Of a DNA stretch of 29,963 nucleotides, positions 10,905 through 19,823 are shown one piece after another. Location of the stretch: assembly GCA_040386535.1 (NCBI GenBank), contig JAZKFH010000078.1, positions 1 to 29,963 on the forward strand, given 5' to 3'. This DNA comes from Myxococcota bacterium (lineage in GTDB: Bacteria > Myxococcota_A > UBA796 > SXON01). Position 1 is the stretch's first letter, and the number at the start of each line of letters is the position of its first letter. The notes under the pieces were generated by a model. It did no database searches. It saw only the letters and a program-made list of their open reading frames with translations, and had not been told where the DNA came from. Position numbers and translations under genes: made by a program.

Positions 10905-11378
10905 ATGTTCACCCTCCTCGTCCTGTTCGCCTGCGCTCACAAGCAAGACACCGTTTCCCACAACGACCCGCGGCCGCAGCCGGTGGAGAACACGGTTTCC
11001 CACAACGACCCCAGGCCGCAGCCCGTCGAGGTGGCCGGGGTCGCCAAGCTCCAGGCCGCCGCGGATGGCAAGATGGGCGGCGCGGTGGCGTTCACCCAGT
11101 CCGAGAAGGGGCTCAAGGTGTCGATCAACCTCACCGACGCCTCGCCGGGCTCCCACGTCGTCCAGCTGCGCGAGGGGGGCAGCTGCACGTTCCCCGAGAC
11201 CACGGCTGGGCCCCAGAAGTTCGACGACCTCGCGACCGTGACCGTCGGCGCCGACGGAACGGGCCACGCCGACGTGACCCTCACCAACCTGAAGCTCACC
11301 GAGGGCGACCACCCGGTCGTCGGCCGCCCGGTCATCGTCGACAGCGGGGCGGCGTGCGGGATTGTGAGCGCGGGGTAG
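10905..11378 (+). CDS. Lipoprotein with Cu/Zn superoxide dismutase-like fold lacking metal ligands
   Basis: LFAC lipobox; GAVAFTQ, PGSHVVQLREGGSC, DLATVTVGADG, VGRPVIV, ACGIV align by eye to SodC; GGAG RBS. Confidence 0.7.
   Translation: MFTLLVLFACAHKQDTVSHNDPRPQPVENTVSHNDPRPQPVEVAGVAKLQAAADGKMGGAVAFTQSEKGLKVSINLTDASPGSHVVQLREGGSCTFPETTAGPQKFDDLATVTVGADGTGHADVTLTNLKLTEGDHPVVGRPVIVDSGAACGIVSAG
10950..11030 (+). repeat. 42-bp-period in-frame duplication (TVSHNDPRPQPVE x2)
   Basis: Direct repeat visible in both DNA and protein. Confidence 0.9.
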
Positions 11379-11575
11379 TGAACTGTCGGTAGCCGGGAGG
11401 TGACGACGTGCCTCCTCTGCGCGCGACCCTGGCGAGGCGCCAGGGTCGGACCGCTCCAGGCTCGCCCTCCGGGCTCGGTCGGTCGGGCGCGGCGCCCGCC
11501 CGGACCGGCCGCGGGGCGGCCGCCTTGCGCTCTCCTCGCGCGGGGAGCGTGCCTATCAAGCGTCCTGCCAGGAAT

Positions 11576-11995
11576 TCATCCGGCGACAGAGCCTCCCCCG
11601 GTCAAGGGGACGCGCACGGTCTGACCCGGCTGTGGCCGCCGACGCAGGGGATCGAGCGACGCCGGCCCGCGGAGCACGGCGTCGGCAAGCAATCCCCACG
11701 CCGCCCTGTCGAGACGCGTCTTGCCCGTCTCCCAGTCGGACACGGTCGCGGGCCGTACACCAAGGATCTCTGCCACTTCGGCCGCACGGATGCCCAGTGC
11801 GCGGCGTAGGTAGCGAAACGACTCACCACTCACCATCCCCTGGGAGGCGAGCGTCGTCGCGACCTGTTTGATCACCAGCGCCATCACGTCCGCCTCCACC
11901 GAGACCGTGTCACCCGTCTGGGCGGCCGGGATCTCACTGACCACCACCTCGGCATCGCCGACCTTGAAGGTGCGCTCGATCAGAAGATTCGCCAT
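11576..11995 (-). CDS. XRE-HTH protein, MqsA-like putative antitoxin
   Basis: SGESFRYLRRALGIRAAEVAEILGVRPATVSDWETGK HTH; GGAG RBS. Confidence 0.8.
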   Translation of the reverse strand: MANLLIERTFKVGDAEVVVSEIPAAQTGDTVSVEADVMALVIKQVATTLASQGMVSGESFRYLRRALGIRAAEVAEILGVRPATVSDWETGKTRLDRAAWGLLADAVLRGPASLDPLRRRPQPGQTVRVPLTGGGSVAG

Positions 11996-12032
11996 GTGTT
12001 TGTCTCCGTAAGTAGGGGTTCGACGCAACCTC

Positions 12033-12305
12033 TCATCCAAGCTCCGTCAGCATCCACAACTCCAGCCATCCTCCGTCCAACTTCGCCTCCATGGTCAACG
12101 GCTCCCCGTCCAGGTTGACGCCACCATCGATCAACCAGAGTCCCCCGCCCCTGTCGGAGCAATGTCGAGCTGTTCCGATCGCGTTCGCGATGTCCGCGAG
12201 ACCGATTGCGCCACAGCCCCCGCCGAAGACCGCATCACCGACGTACTTGACCTGATGACGCTCCGCGGCCCGCATCGCAAGGTTCAGGAAGTCGGACGGC
12301 GACAT
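12033..12305 (-). CDS. Small protein, DUF4258-like putative toxin
   Basis: 90 aa directly upstream of the HTH gene; DIANAI..A..C...W.IDGG.NLDGEPLT pattern. Confidence 0.55.
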   Translation of the reverse strand: MSPSDFLNLAMRAAERHQVKYVGDAVFGGGCGAIGLADIANAIGTARHCSDRGGGLWLIDGGVNLDGEPLTMEAKLDGGWLELWMLTELG

Positions 12306-12311
12306 ACGGAA

Positions 12312-12341
12312 AGCGTAATCATGAACATGCGGTTACCGCAA
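12312..12341 (-). promoter_or_regulatory. Sigma70-like promoter with overlapping palindromic operator
   Basis: TTGCGG-18nt-TACGCT-6nt-ATG; TGCGGT-T-ACCGCA palindrome at 12328-12340. Confidence 0.6.
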
Positions 12342-12421
12342 GTGCTTTCTTCACGCCAGGGCTGAGGACCAACGCTGGCAGGTGTGCGGCAGGGACGTGG
12401 ACATCGCGATAGGCCCGCACC

Positions 12422-12823
12422 ATGGCGCTCCGCATCACCCCCTCCGACATCGGCCTCCTCCTCCTCCGCGTCTACGCGGGCGGCACCATGCTGGTCATGC
12501 ACGGGTGGGGCAAGCTCCTCTCGTTTCCGGAGAAGTCGGGCAGCTTCCCCGATCCGTTCGGCGTCGGCGCGCCGGTGAGCCTGGGGCTCGCGGTGTTCGC
12601 CGAGGTGGTGTGCGCCGCGCTCCTCGTGGCCGGCGCGTTCACCCGGTTCGCGGCGCTGCCCCTCGTGGTGACCATGGCGGTCGCCGGGTTCCTCATCCAC
12701 GGGGGCGATCCGTGGGTCAAGAAGGAGCTCGCGTTCACCTACCTCGCCGTGTTCGCGTGCCTGATGGGCACCGGCCCTGGCGCGCTCTCGGTCGACGTGC
12801 GGGTGCGCGGCAAGCGCGCCTGA
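12422..12823 (+). CDS. DoxX family membrane protein
   Basis: GLLLLRV..G..M..HGWGKL, FPDPFGVG, GPGALSVD. Confidence 0.9.
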   Translation: MALRITPSDIGLLLLRVYAGGTMLVMHGWGKLLSFPEKSGSFPDPFGVGAPVSLGLAVFAEVVCAALLVAGAFTRFAALPLVVTMAVAGFLIHGGDPWVKKELAFTYLAVFACLMGTGPGALSVDVRVRGKRA

Positions 12824-14442
12824 TGCACGCCCTCCTCGCGCTGCTCGGGTGTGTGTCGTCGGAGGCGCCCCCCGCCCGAACGCCGCCCACGTTCGTCGAC
12901 CCGGACCCGGTGCCCGCGCCCGAGACCGTGGCGGCGGTGCGCGGGCCCGAGGGCCTCGTCATCAACGAGGTGATGACGGGCAACGAATCGACGTGCATGA
13001 CACCCAACCACCAATTCGCGGACTGGGTAGAGGTGTACAACGGCGGCGACACACCCGTCGATCTGGCGCGTGTCGGGCTGACCGATACGGAAGGGGAGGC
13101 CGGTTGGGTGGGGAGCGGCGGGCTGGCGCCGGGCGAGCGCGTTCACCTCTGGGCCACCGGCGAGGTTGGGCTCGACACGCTCCCATTCGCGCTCTCGGGC
13201 AGCGGCGACACGGTGTTCCTCACGTGGGATGGGGTGCCGATCGACCGCATCGCCACCGGCCCGCTGCTGGAGGACACCTCCTGGGCCCGCTACCCCGACG
13301 GCGGCGGCGCCTGGGCGGTGACCGCGCGCCCGACTCCGTGGGGCCCCAACGGCACCACGCCCGGCGCGAGCATCGACCCGAGCGACCATCTGTTCGACCC
13401 CACCCGCGTCCACACCATCGAGGTCACCCTATCCGACGCCGCGGTGCGCAGCTTGGAGGGCGCGCCCTACACACAGGTGGAGGGGGCGTTGGCGTTCGAG
13501 GGCGCGTGGTTCCCGCGGGTGGGGGTCAGCATCAAGGGGGTGTATGGCTCGTTGCGCTCCATCAACGCCAAGGTGGCGCTCAAGTTCGACGTGAACGATT
13601 ACGAGGACCACCACCTGCGCGGCCTCGAGCACGTGACGCTCAACAACATGGTGCAGGACCCCTCGGCCATCCACGAAGCCGTGGGGTACGAATTCCTGCG
13701 CTCGGTGGGCCTGCCCGCGCCGCGCACCGGTTGGGCCCGCCTCGCGCTCAACGGCGAGGACCGCGGCTTCTACCTGCTCATCGAGGCCATCGACGAGCGC
13801 TTCCTCGCGCGCTGGTACGACGACGACACGGGCAGGCTCTGGGAGGGTGCCTACGGGGTCGATCTGCAGGCGGACGAGCTGGAATTGTTCCAATACGACG
13901 CCGGGCCCGACGTGGTCGACCTGACCACGCTCACCGCCATCTCCGACGTTCTCGCGGGGGAGCCCACCGACGCCGCGATCGTGGCGTTGGAAGAGCTCGT
14001 CGATCTCGACCAGGTGCTCGACGTGATGGCGTTCGAGGCCATCGCGCTGCATTGGGACGGGTACAGCACCGCCAACAACTACCGCCTCTACGAGGACCCG
14101 GCCGGGCGTGTCACGATGATCCCGTGGGGCATGGACCAGACGTGGGTGTACGCGTATTTCGATCCGTGGGGCGCGCAGGGGCTGCTGTTCCAATTCTGCA
14201 TCGCCAACACGGCGTGCCGGGTGCGCTATGACGCCGCGCTGGTGCGCATGGCGGACGCGGTGGACGCCGCTGGGTTGGACGAGCGCGCCGAGGAACTGCT
14301 GGTGCTCGTGCGCCCCGAGCTCGAGACGGACACGTTCTTCGAATACGGGATGGCCGACCACGCGGCCCATGTCGATGCCACGTTGGCCACGATGCGAACC
14401 TACCCGAGCCAGGTGCGGGCGTTGGTCACAGCTCGCAGATGA
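12823..14442 (+). CDS. CotH kinase family lipoprotein with N-terminal lamin-tail domain
   Basis: LVINEVM..DWVEVYN (LTD); IKG, LNNMVQDPS, HWDGY..NNY, IPWGMD (CotH); start overlaps the DoxX stop (TGATG). Confidence 0.88.
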   Translation: MHALLALLGCVSSEAPPARTPPTFVDPDPVPAPETVAAVRGPEGLVINEVMTGNESTCMTPNHQFADWVEVYNGGDTPVDLARVGLTDTEGEAGWVGSGGLAPGERVHLWATGEVGLDTLPFALSGSGDTVFLTWDGVPIDRIATGPLLEDTSWARYPDGGGAWAVTARPTPWGPNGTTPGASIDPSDHLFDPTRVHTIEVTLSDAAVRSLEGAPYTQVEGALAFEGAWFPRVGVSIKGVYGSLRSINAKVALKFDVNDYEDHHLRGLEHVTLNNMVQDPSAIHEAVGYEFLRSVGLPAPRTGWARLALNGEDRGFYLLIEAIDERFLARWYDDDTGRLWEGAYGVDLQADELELFQYDAGPDVVDLTTLTAISDVLAGEPTDAAIVALEELVDLDQVLDVMAFEAIALHWDGYSTANNYRLYEDPAGRVTMIPWGMDQTWVYAYFDPWGAQGLLFQFCIANTACRVRYDAALVRMADAVDAAGLDERAEELLVLVRPELETDTFFEYGMADHAAHVDATLATMRTYPSQVRALVTARR

Positions 14443-15652
14443 ACGGCAACGTGCCCGTGCAGCTGTAGTCGTTCCACGAGCCCCAGTCGCCGAACCCCGT
14501 GCCCGCGCAGTCCTCGCCGCCCGAGTCGTTCGGCTCCCCCGAATACCACTGGGTGAACGCCGGCGCGGTCCCGTCCTCCCAGAGCCACGTGCCCTCGGTG
14601 GTCAGGTCGTTCAGGCCGATCCAGGCCGAGCTGCCGATCCGGTCGCGGGCGATGGCGGCGAGGGCGGCGTTGTCGGGACCGTCCGCCACGACGGCGAGGT
14701 GGGTACCGAAGCCGGCGCACGCGTCCGCCGCGTCCGCCCAGGTGGTCGCCGTGGTGCACGCGTAGTAGCCGCCGCCAGCGTCCGAGCAGGACCAACACTC
14801 GGGGAGCGGGTCGACGAGGCCGTCACAGTCGTTGTCGAGGCCGTCACACACCTCCGTTCCGCCCGGGAGCGCGGCGGCGGAGGTGTCGTCGCAGTCGCCG
14901 TCGCAGAGGGTGAGGCCGTCCAGATCGAGGTCCTCGGCGTCGGCCGTGGTGGCGTCGCAATCGTTGTCGACGCCGTCACACACCTCCTCCGCGGTGGGGT
15001 ACACCCGCGCGTCGGCGTCGTCACAGTCGCCGCGGCAGGAGCGCCAGCCGTCGGCGTCGGCGTCGAACCCTTCGTCCACCACGCCGTCGCAGTTGTCGTC
15101 GAGGTCGTTGCAGAGCTCGGGCAGGGTGGGCGCGCGGGTGGCATCGTCGTCGTCACAGTCACCTTCGCCGGGCTCGGCGTCTGGGCACAACGCGGCGCCG
15201 TCCCCGTCGCGATCCCAGGCCTCGTCGACCGCGCCGTCGCAATTGTCGTCCAGGCCGTTGCAGGCCTCGGCCGCGCCGGGAAACGCGAACCCGTCGGCGT
15301 CGTCACAGTCGTCGCACGCGTGGGCGCCGTCCCCGTCGGCGTCCGCGCCGTCGTCCGCGGCGCCGGAGCAGTCGTTGTCGACCGCGTCGCCGCAGAGCTC
15401 GGCGGCGAGCGGGTTCACGGTGGCATCCTGATCGTCGCAATCGACCGGGTTGCCGAGCGCCCGGCACGCGGCCTCGTCGGCCAGAAAACCGTCGGCGTCG
15501 AGGTCGAACAGCTCGTCGATCGCGCCGTCACAGTCGTCGTCAGCGCCGTTGCAGCGCTCTTCGGTCGGGACGCAGTCGGAGGCGGTGGGGCCGGAGTCGA
15601 TGTCGCCGGGCGCGCCCGTGCACGCGAGGAGGGCCAGGACGAGCAGGAACAT
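14426..15652 (-). CDS. Lipoprotein with MopE-type (E.C.G.D.DCDG) repeats and a C-terminal C-type lectin domain
   Basis: About six ExCxGxDxxCDG repeats; WIGLND..EGTW.W, GEPND..EDC, WND..C...FICE. Confidence 0.88.
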   Translation of the reverse strand: MFLLVLALLACTGAPGDIDSGPTASDCVPTEERCNGADDDCDGAIDELFDLDADGFLADEAACRALGNPVDCDDQDATVNPLAAELCGDAVDNDCSGAADDGADADGDGAHACDDCDDADGFAFPGAAEACNGLDDNCDGAVDEAWDRDGDGAALCPDAEPGEGDCDDDDATRAPTLPELCNDLDDNCDGVVDEGFDADADGWRSCRGDCDDADARVYPTAEEVCDGVDNDCDATTADAEDLDLDGLTLCDGDCDDTSAAALPGGTEVCDGLDNDCDGLVDPLPECWSCSDAGGGYYACTTATTWADAADACAGFGTHLAVVADGPDNAALAAIARDRIGSSAWIGLNDLTTEGTWLWEDGTAPAFTQWYSGEPNDSGGEDCAGTGFGDWGSWNDYSCTGTLPFICEL

Positions 15653-15771
15653 GCCCGCGTGTAACCGCGCGGCGCCCGCTTCGCGCATGCCGCGCCCCGC
15701 TTCACGGTACCTCTTCACCGCGCGCGGAGGTATCAGAGGGAAGCGCCTCCCTCCCTCGGCCCCAGGTGACC

Positions 15772-16419
15772 ATGCCCGCCGTCGAACCCGCCCCCTATGT
15801 CGCCTCCGCCGCGGCCTCGCCCGTGCCCGCCGGGTTCACCGACCTCGCGACGATCCCCGGCCTCCACTTCCGCGTCGCCTACGCGACGGCGGACAACTTC
15901 ACCGGCGCGCCGCTCCCCGGCTACGGGTGGCCCGGCGCCTGGCTCGCCGCGCCCGCCGCCGCCGCGTTGGCGCGGGCCGCCACCGCGCTCGCCGCGTTGG
16001 ACTACGCGCTGGTCGTGTTCGACGGCTACCGTCCGGCGCGCGCCTCCGCCGCCATGGTGGCCTGGGCCGAGCGGGTGGGCCGCACCGATCTGCTCGGTGT
16101 GTACATCGCGCGGCGCTCCGGCCACAACGACGGCGGGAGTGTGGACGTGGGGCTGGCCGACCTGCGCACCGGCGCGCTGCTCGACATGGGCTCGCCGTTC
16201 GACACCTTCGACGCCACCGCCCACATTCCCAACGCCACCGGTGACACGAAAAAGCGCCGGGCCGTCCTCGGCGAGGTGATGATCGCCCAGGGGTGGGAGC
16301 CGTACTCCATGGAGTGGTGGCATTTCCGGTTCGAGGCGTGGCAGGGTGCGGCGCGGGACGTGCCGTACGGTGCGAGCGAAGCGCCCGAAGAAACGATCCG
16401 CGGGGAGGCGGCCAAGTGA
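15772..16419 (+). CDS. ddpX: D-Ala-D-Ala dipeptidase (peptidase M15D, VanX/DdpX family)
   Basis: YATADNFTG, FDGYRP, SGHNDGGSVD, LDMGSPFD, EWWH; alternative GTG start at 15766. Confidence 0.88.
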   Translation: MPAVEPAPYVASAAASPVPAGFTDLATIPGLHFRVAYATADNFTGAPLPGYGWPGAWLAAPAAAALARAATALAALDYALVVFDGYRPARASAAMVAWAERVGRTDLLGVYIARRSGHNDGGSVDVGLADLRTGALLDMGSPFDTFDATAHIPNATGDTKKRRAVLGEVMIAQGWEPYSMEWWHFRFEAWQGAARDVPYGASEAPEETIRGEAAK

Positions 16420-17478
16420 TCCAACTCGGGTGGATGATCCTGTCCGGGGGCGTGTGGGGCGCGGAGCCGGGGCCGGCGGAGCGGGCGTTGTTCGCGTGGG
16501 CGGACAAGTGCCCGTCGACGGCGATGGGCGCGGGGCTGTACGAGGGCGAGGGCGCGGAGAGCGTGCCGCTCGGCGCGGGCAACGTGCTGCGGGTGCGGAC
16601 GCGGAGCGAGGGGGCCTCCCCGACCGGGAGCGTGACACAGACGGTGTGGATGTTGGGCGGCGAGTGCCGCGCGGTGGGGCTCGTGGAGCAGTGGGGGAAG
16701 GGGGACGGAGACCCGACGCGGCACGTGGGCTTCGTGGTGGCGAAGGAGGGCGGCGCACCGCGGGCGGACGAGCAGGCCGTTTTGTCGGGTTGGGCGGGCC
16801 AACGGGTGTGGGATGCGACGAAGCCGGCGCACGCGGCGGCCACGGCGGCATTCTCGGTGGTGGTGCCCGAGGAGATTGTCGTGGGGGAGGGGCTCGCCGT
16901 GACGCTCACCCGCCGCCCCGCGCGGGTGTGGGTGCCCGGTCCGGTGCCCACGAGCTTCGAGGAGGCCTGGCGGCCCAGCAGCGTCGCCCCCGATGACACG
17001 ACGTGCCCGTGTTGGGTGGTGTACCCGGCGCTTGCTTCCGCCCCCGTTTCGTCTGCACCGCCCGACAAGGGGCCGTTCGTGTCCCGCTTCTACGGGTCGC
17101 CCCTGGGCCCGAGGGCGCATGTCGTCGAGGACGCTGCCCGCGCGCGGTGGGCGATCGAACCGTCGGATCCCACCAGCGCGCCTACGTCCGGTCCGTCTGT
17201 CATCCAGGGCACCGTACCCGCCGCGTTGGCACGTTTCCGGTGGGTGGGGGCGTCCGCCGCGTCGGACGGGCACGCGGCTGTGGGATGCGACGAAGCCGGC
17301 GCACGCGGCGGACGACTCGGGCAGGTTGGCCGCCTACGATCCCGACACCGGCGCGTCGTTCGTGGCGCGGGTGCGCCCCGCCGGGGCGTTCGTGTGGTCA
17401 CCGACGGGGCTCCGCGTCGGGAGCGCCGAGATCCCGACCGCCACGTTGCTCGTTTGGCTGGGGGGCGCCGCGCGATAG
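16416..17478 (+). pseudogene. Hypothetical protein with apparent +1 frameshift near 17268-17270
   Basis: GTG overlaps the ddpX stop; the GC3-rich frame switches after gacggg; the repeated WDATKPAHAA motif occurs in two different frames. Confidence 0.55.
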
Positions 17479-17520
17479 CGTAGCGGGGCCTGCTACGCCG
17501 CGGGTCCTGCTACGCCGCGG
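17479..17520. terminator. Hairpin plus short duplication between convergent genes
   Basis: cgtagcgg/ctgctacg stem; cctgctacgccgcgg occurs twice. Confidence 0.35.
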
Positions 17521-17526
17521 TCCGTG

Positions 17527-18042
17527 TCACAACGCCGCCGCCGTCTGCTCGAGCGCCGCGCCGCCCTGCTTCACGCGGGCGGCCTCGAGGTCCTCGGCAC
17601 CCGGGAGGAACGTGTAGGCGAGGACTGCCCCCGGGGTGCGGCGGTTGATGGTCCACGAGACGGCGTTCTGGTCGGCCCGCCAGGACTCGTTCTGCTCGAT
17701 CGCGCTCCAGGCGCCCGGGCCGTACACCTGGTGCAACACCGTGGAGAGGGCGGCGGCCTGGGCGTCGGTGTTGAACGCCACGTCCACCCGGTAGAGGCGG
17801 CCCTCGAAGTAGCGGTAGGTCACCGAGTCGGCCTTGAGCTCGCCGATCGTGGTGTCGCCGCTGGCGGCGGGCCGGGTGCAGTCCTTCGTGTCCGTGGCGA
17901 CGCCGGGGGTGCACGTCATGTCCTCGAGCGAGGACGCGCCGAAGCGGGCCGTGTGCCACTCGCGACGCGCATCGGGGCTGCGATACTTGGGGGCGGCGAG
18001 TGTCGGTTGGGTCGCGGACATCAGAAGGGGGAGGATGAACAT
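17527..18042 (-). CDS. Hypothetical exported protein
   Basis: C-terminal part of ORF 17527..19743; MFILPLLMSATQPTLAA signal-like start; GGAG RBS. Confidence 0.7.
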   Translation of the reverse strand: MFILPLLMSATQPTLAAPKYRSPDARREWHTARFGASSLEDMTCTPGVATDTKDCTRPAASGDTTIGELKADSVTYRYFEGRLYRVDVAFNTDAQAAALSTVLHQVYGPGAWSAIEQNESWRADQNAVSWTINRRTPGAVLAYTFLPGAEDLEAARVKQGGAALEQTAAAL

Positions 18043-18111
18043 GGCTACTCCGTGCGGTTTCGCGCCGGGTAACGCGAATGCCGACACCTGGGGACGGGAT
18101 AAGCAGGAGGC

Positions 18112-19629
18112 ATGGCCACTCCTCCGCAACGCTGGGCCCTCGCGCTCTCCGCCGTCCTCACCGAGCTGAACCAGGGCTTCCACCACGAGCTCGGCGGCTG
18201 GGGGGCCGGGGATCACACCGCGGGATGGTGCCGGAGCGCGCTCGCGAACTCGTGGGGCGTGACCGACGAGGCCTCGTTCCGGGCGACCACCGGCTGGTTG
18301 TGGGCGGAGGGGCACGGGGTCGAGGTCATGAGCCTCCTCGCGAACCTCGGCCCCGACCCGCGCAAGGACGACGAGAAGGCGGCGCTGGTCCGCGCCAACC
18401 GCACCCTGCTCGAGGGCCGCGGCCTCCTCGCCTGGGACCTCGGGCGCTACGTGGCCGTCGTGGGCTGGGGGCGCTGGGCGGGGTTCGTGTCCGAGCCCGA
18501 GGCCTGGCAGATGATCCACCTCGCCGCGATGCGTGTGCAGCGCACGTTCAAGTCGTGGCGCGAGTTCGGCCGCCACTACGAGTTCGGCCGCTACTACTGG
18601 AGCGGCCAGGACGACGCGCGGTGCGAGGGCGTGATCGCCAAGCTCACCAAGGACCCGACCAGCCCCTGGATGGTGCTCGATTGGAAGCTCCCGCTCGGCC
18701 CCACCCCCGTGTACGAGCCGCCCCAGCCGATCCGCATCAAGCGCACCTCGTGCCATGCGTGCGGCGCGCCCAAGCAGCTCCCTCCCAAGACCGGGTGGGT
18801 GTATTGTGACCGCTGTGGCACGCTCGCCGATTGGGACTTCCGCAAGGCGTGTGAGGAGGGCTCCGCCCTGCCCGGGCCCGCCTACGAACAGATTGCCGCG
18901 CGGCTCATGCCCGCCCTCGACGCCGCCCGCAACGCGCGCGACGGCGCCAGGTGTGTCAAGCTCCAACGCCAGCTGTTCACCGCGTGGGTCGAAGCGTGCC
19001 CCAAGGCCGTGCCCCCCCGCGCCGCCGAGGCCACCTACCGCGCCGCCTACGTCGAATACCTCGCCTCCGCGGCCGCCGCGACCGACCTCGACACCGAGTG
19101 GCAAACGCTCGCGATGGCGGTCAAGGGTGCCACCCAGGGGATCCAATTCGAGGGCGACCCACGCAAGCCCCGCGTGCGGAGCGCCGCGTTCTGGACGCTC
19201 TACGGCGCCGTCAAGCGCCAGACCGATCGTGGCATGCGCGTGTACGCCGAGGCCGGCGTGCTCGAGCTCCACCCCGACGAGGCGCCCGCCGACCTCCAGG
19301 CCCGCCTCACCTGGTCGGTGTTCGCGCAGGGGTGGCTGCCCTTCCTCGCCGAGCCCGACGCCGAGCGTCTCCTCGCCGAGACCGGGCTGGGCGGCGATTA
19401 CGACGTGCTGCCCGACATCCACTGCGGCGTCCGCCACTGTGGCGGCTGCGGCAACGACATCGCCGTGGTCCCCGGCGCCACCCGCGTGGTGTGCGAGGCG
19501 TGCGGCCACCGCGTCGAGGTCGACACCGCCGAGATCTCCTGCACCCAGTGCGCGGGGATGATCTCCTTTCCGCTCGGCAAGGAGCGCGTGGCGTGCCCGT
19601 TCTGCGAGGCGATGGTCGCGCGGGTGTGA
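18112..19629 (+). CDS. DUF1266 domain protein with multiple zinc ribbons
   Basis: LLAWDLGR...AGF..E.EAW...F.SW.EF...Y..GR..W; six CxxC motifs; AGGAGG RBS. Confidence 0.8.
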   Translation: MATPPQRWALALSAVLTELNQGFHHELGGWGAGDHTAGWCRSALANSWGVTDEASFRATTGWLWAEGHGVEVMSLLANLGPDPRKDDEKAALVRANRTLLEGRGLLAWDLGRYVAVVGWGRWAGFVSEPEAWQMIHLAAMRVQRTFKSWREFGRHYEFGRYYWSGQDDARCEGVIAKLTKDPTSPWMVLDWKLPLGPTPVYEPPQPIRIKRTSCHACGAPKQLPPKTGWVYCDRCGTLADWDFRKACEEGSALPGPAYEQIAARLMPALDAARNARDGARCVKLQRQLFTAWVEACPKAVPPRAAEATYRAAYVEYLASAAAATDLDTEWQTLAMAVKGATQGIQFEGDPRKPRVRSAAFWTLYGAVKRQTDRGMRVYAEAGVLELHPDEAPADLQARLTWSVFAQGWLPFLAEPDAERLLAETGLGGDYDVLPDIHCGVRHCGGCGNDIAVVPGATRVVCEACGHRVEVDTAEISCTQCAGMISFPLGKERVACPFCEAMVARV

Positions 19630-19670
19630 TTGGGTGTGAGATTGGGTGTGAGATTGGGTGTGAGATTGGG
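19622..19670. repeat. 12-bp tandem repeat GGGTGTGAGATT (three full copies plus partials)
   Basis: Directly visible; begins across the DUF1266 stop codon. Confidence 0.92.
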
Positions 19671-19823
19671 CGCCCCGGCGGGCAGGGCCCGCCGTCGCCC
19701 CCCTCCAGGCGCGGCCTGCGGCCTTGGTCCGGCCGCGCTCCACGGTCGGAGCGCGGCCGGGACCGGCCGCCCCGAGCGGCGGCCGCCTTCCGGGCGGCTG
19801 GCGCGGGGACGCCCAGTCTCACA
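19659..19823. repeat. Inverted-repeat-bounded element with central 13-bp hairpin (REPIN/MITE-like)
   Basis: tgtgagattgggcgcccc (19659-19676) matches the reverse complement of 19806-19823 at 16/18; ccggccgcgctcc/ggagcgcggccgg at 19729-19760. Confidence 0.65.

Noticed and set aside
15772..16419. Vancomycin resistance cluster
   Set aside because: A lone VanX-family gene without vanH, vanA or vanRS; consistent with housekeeping DdpX.
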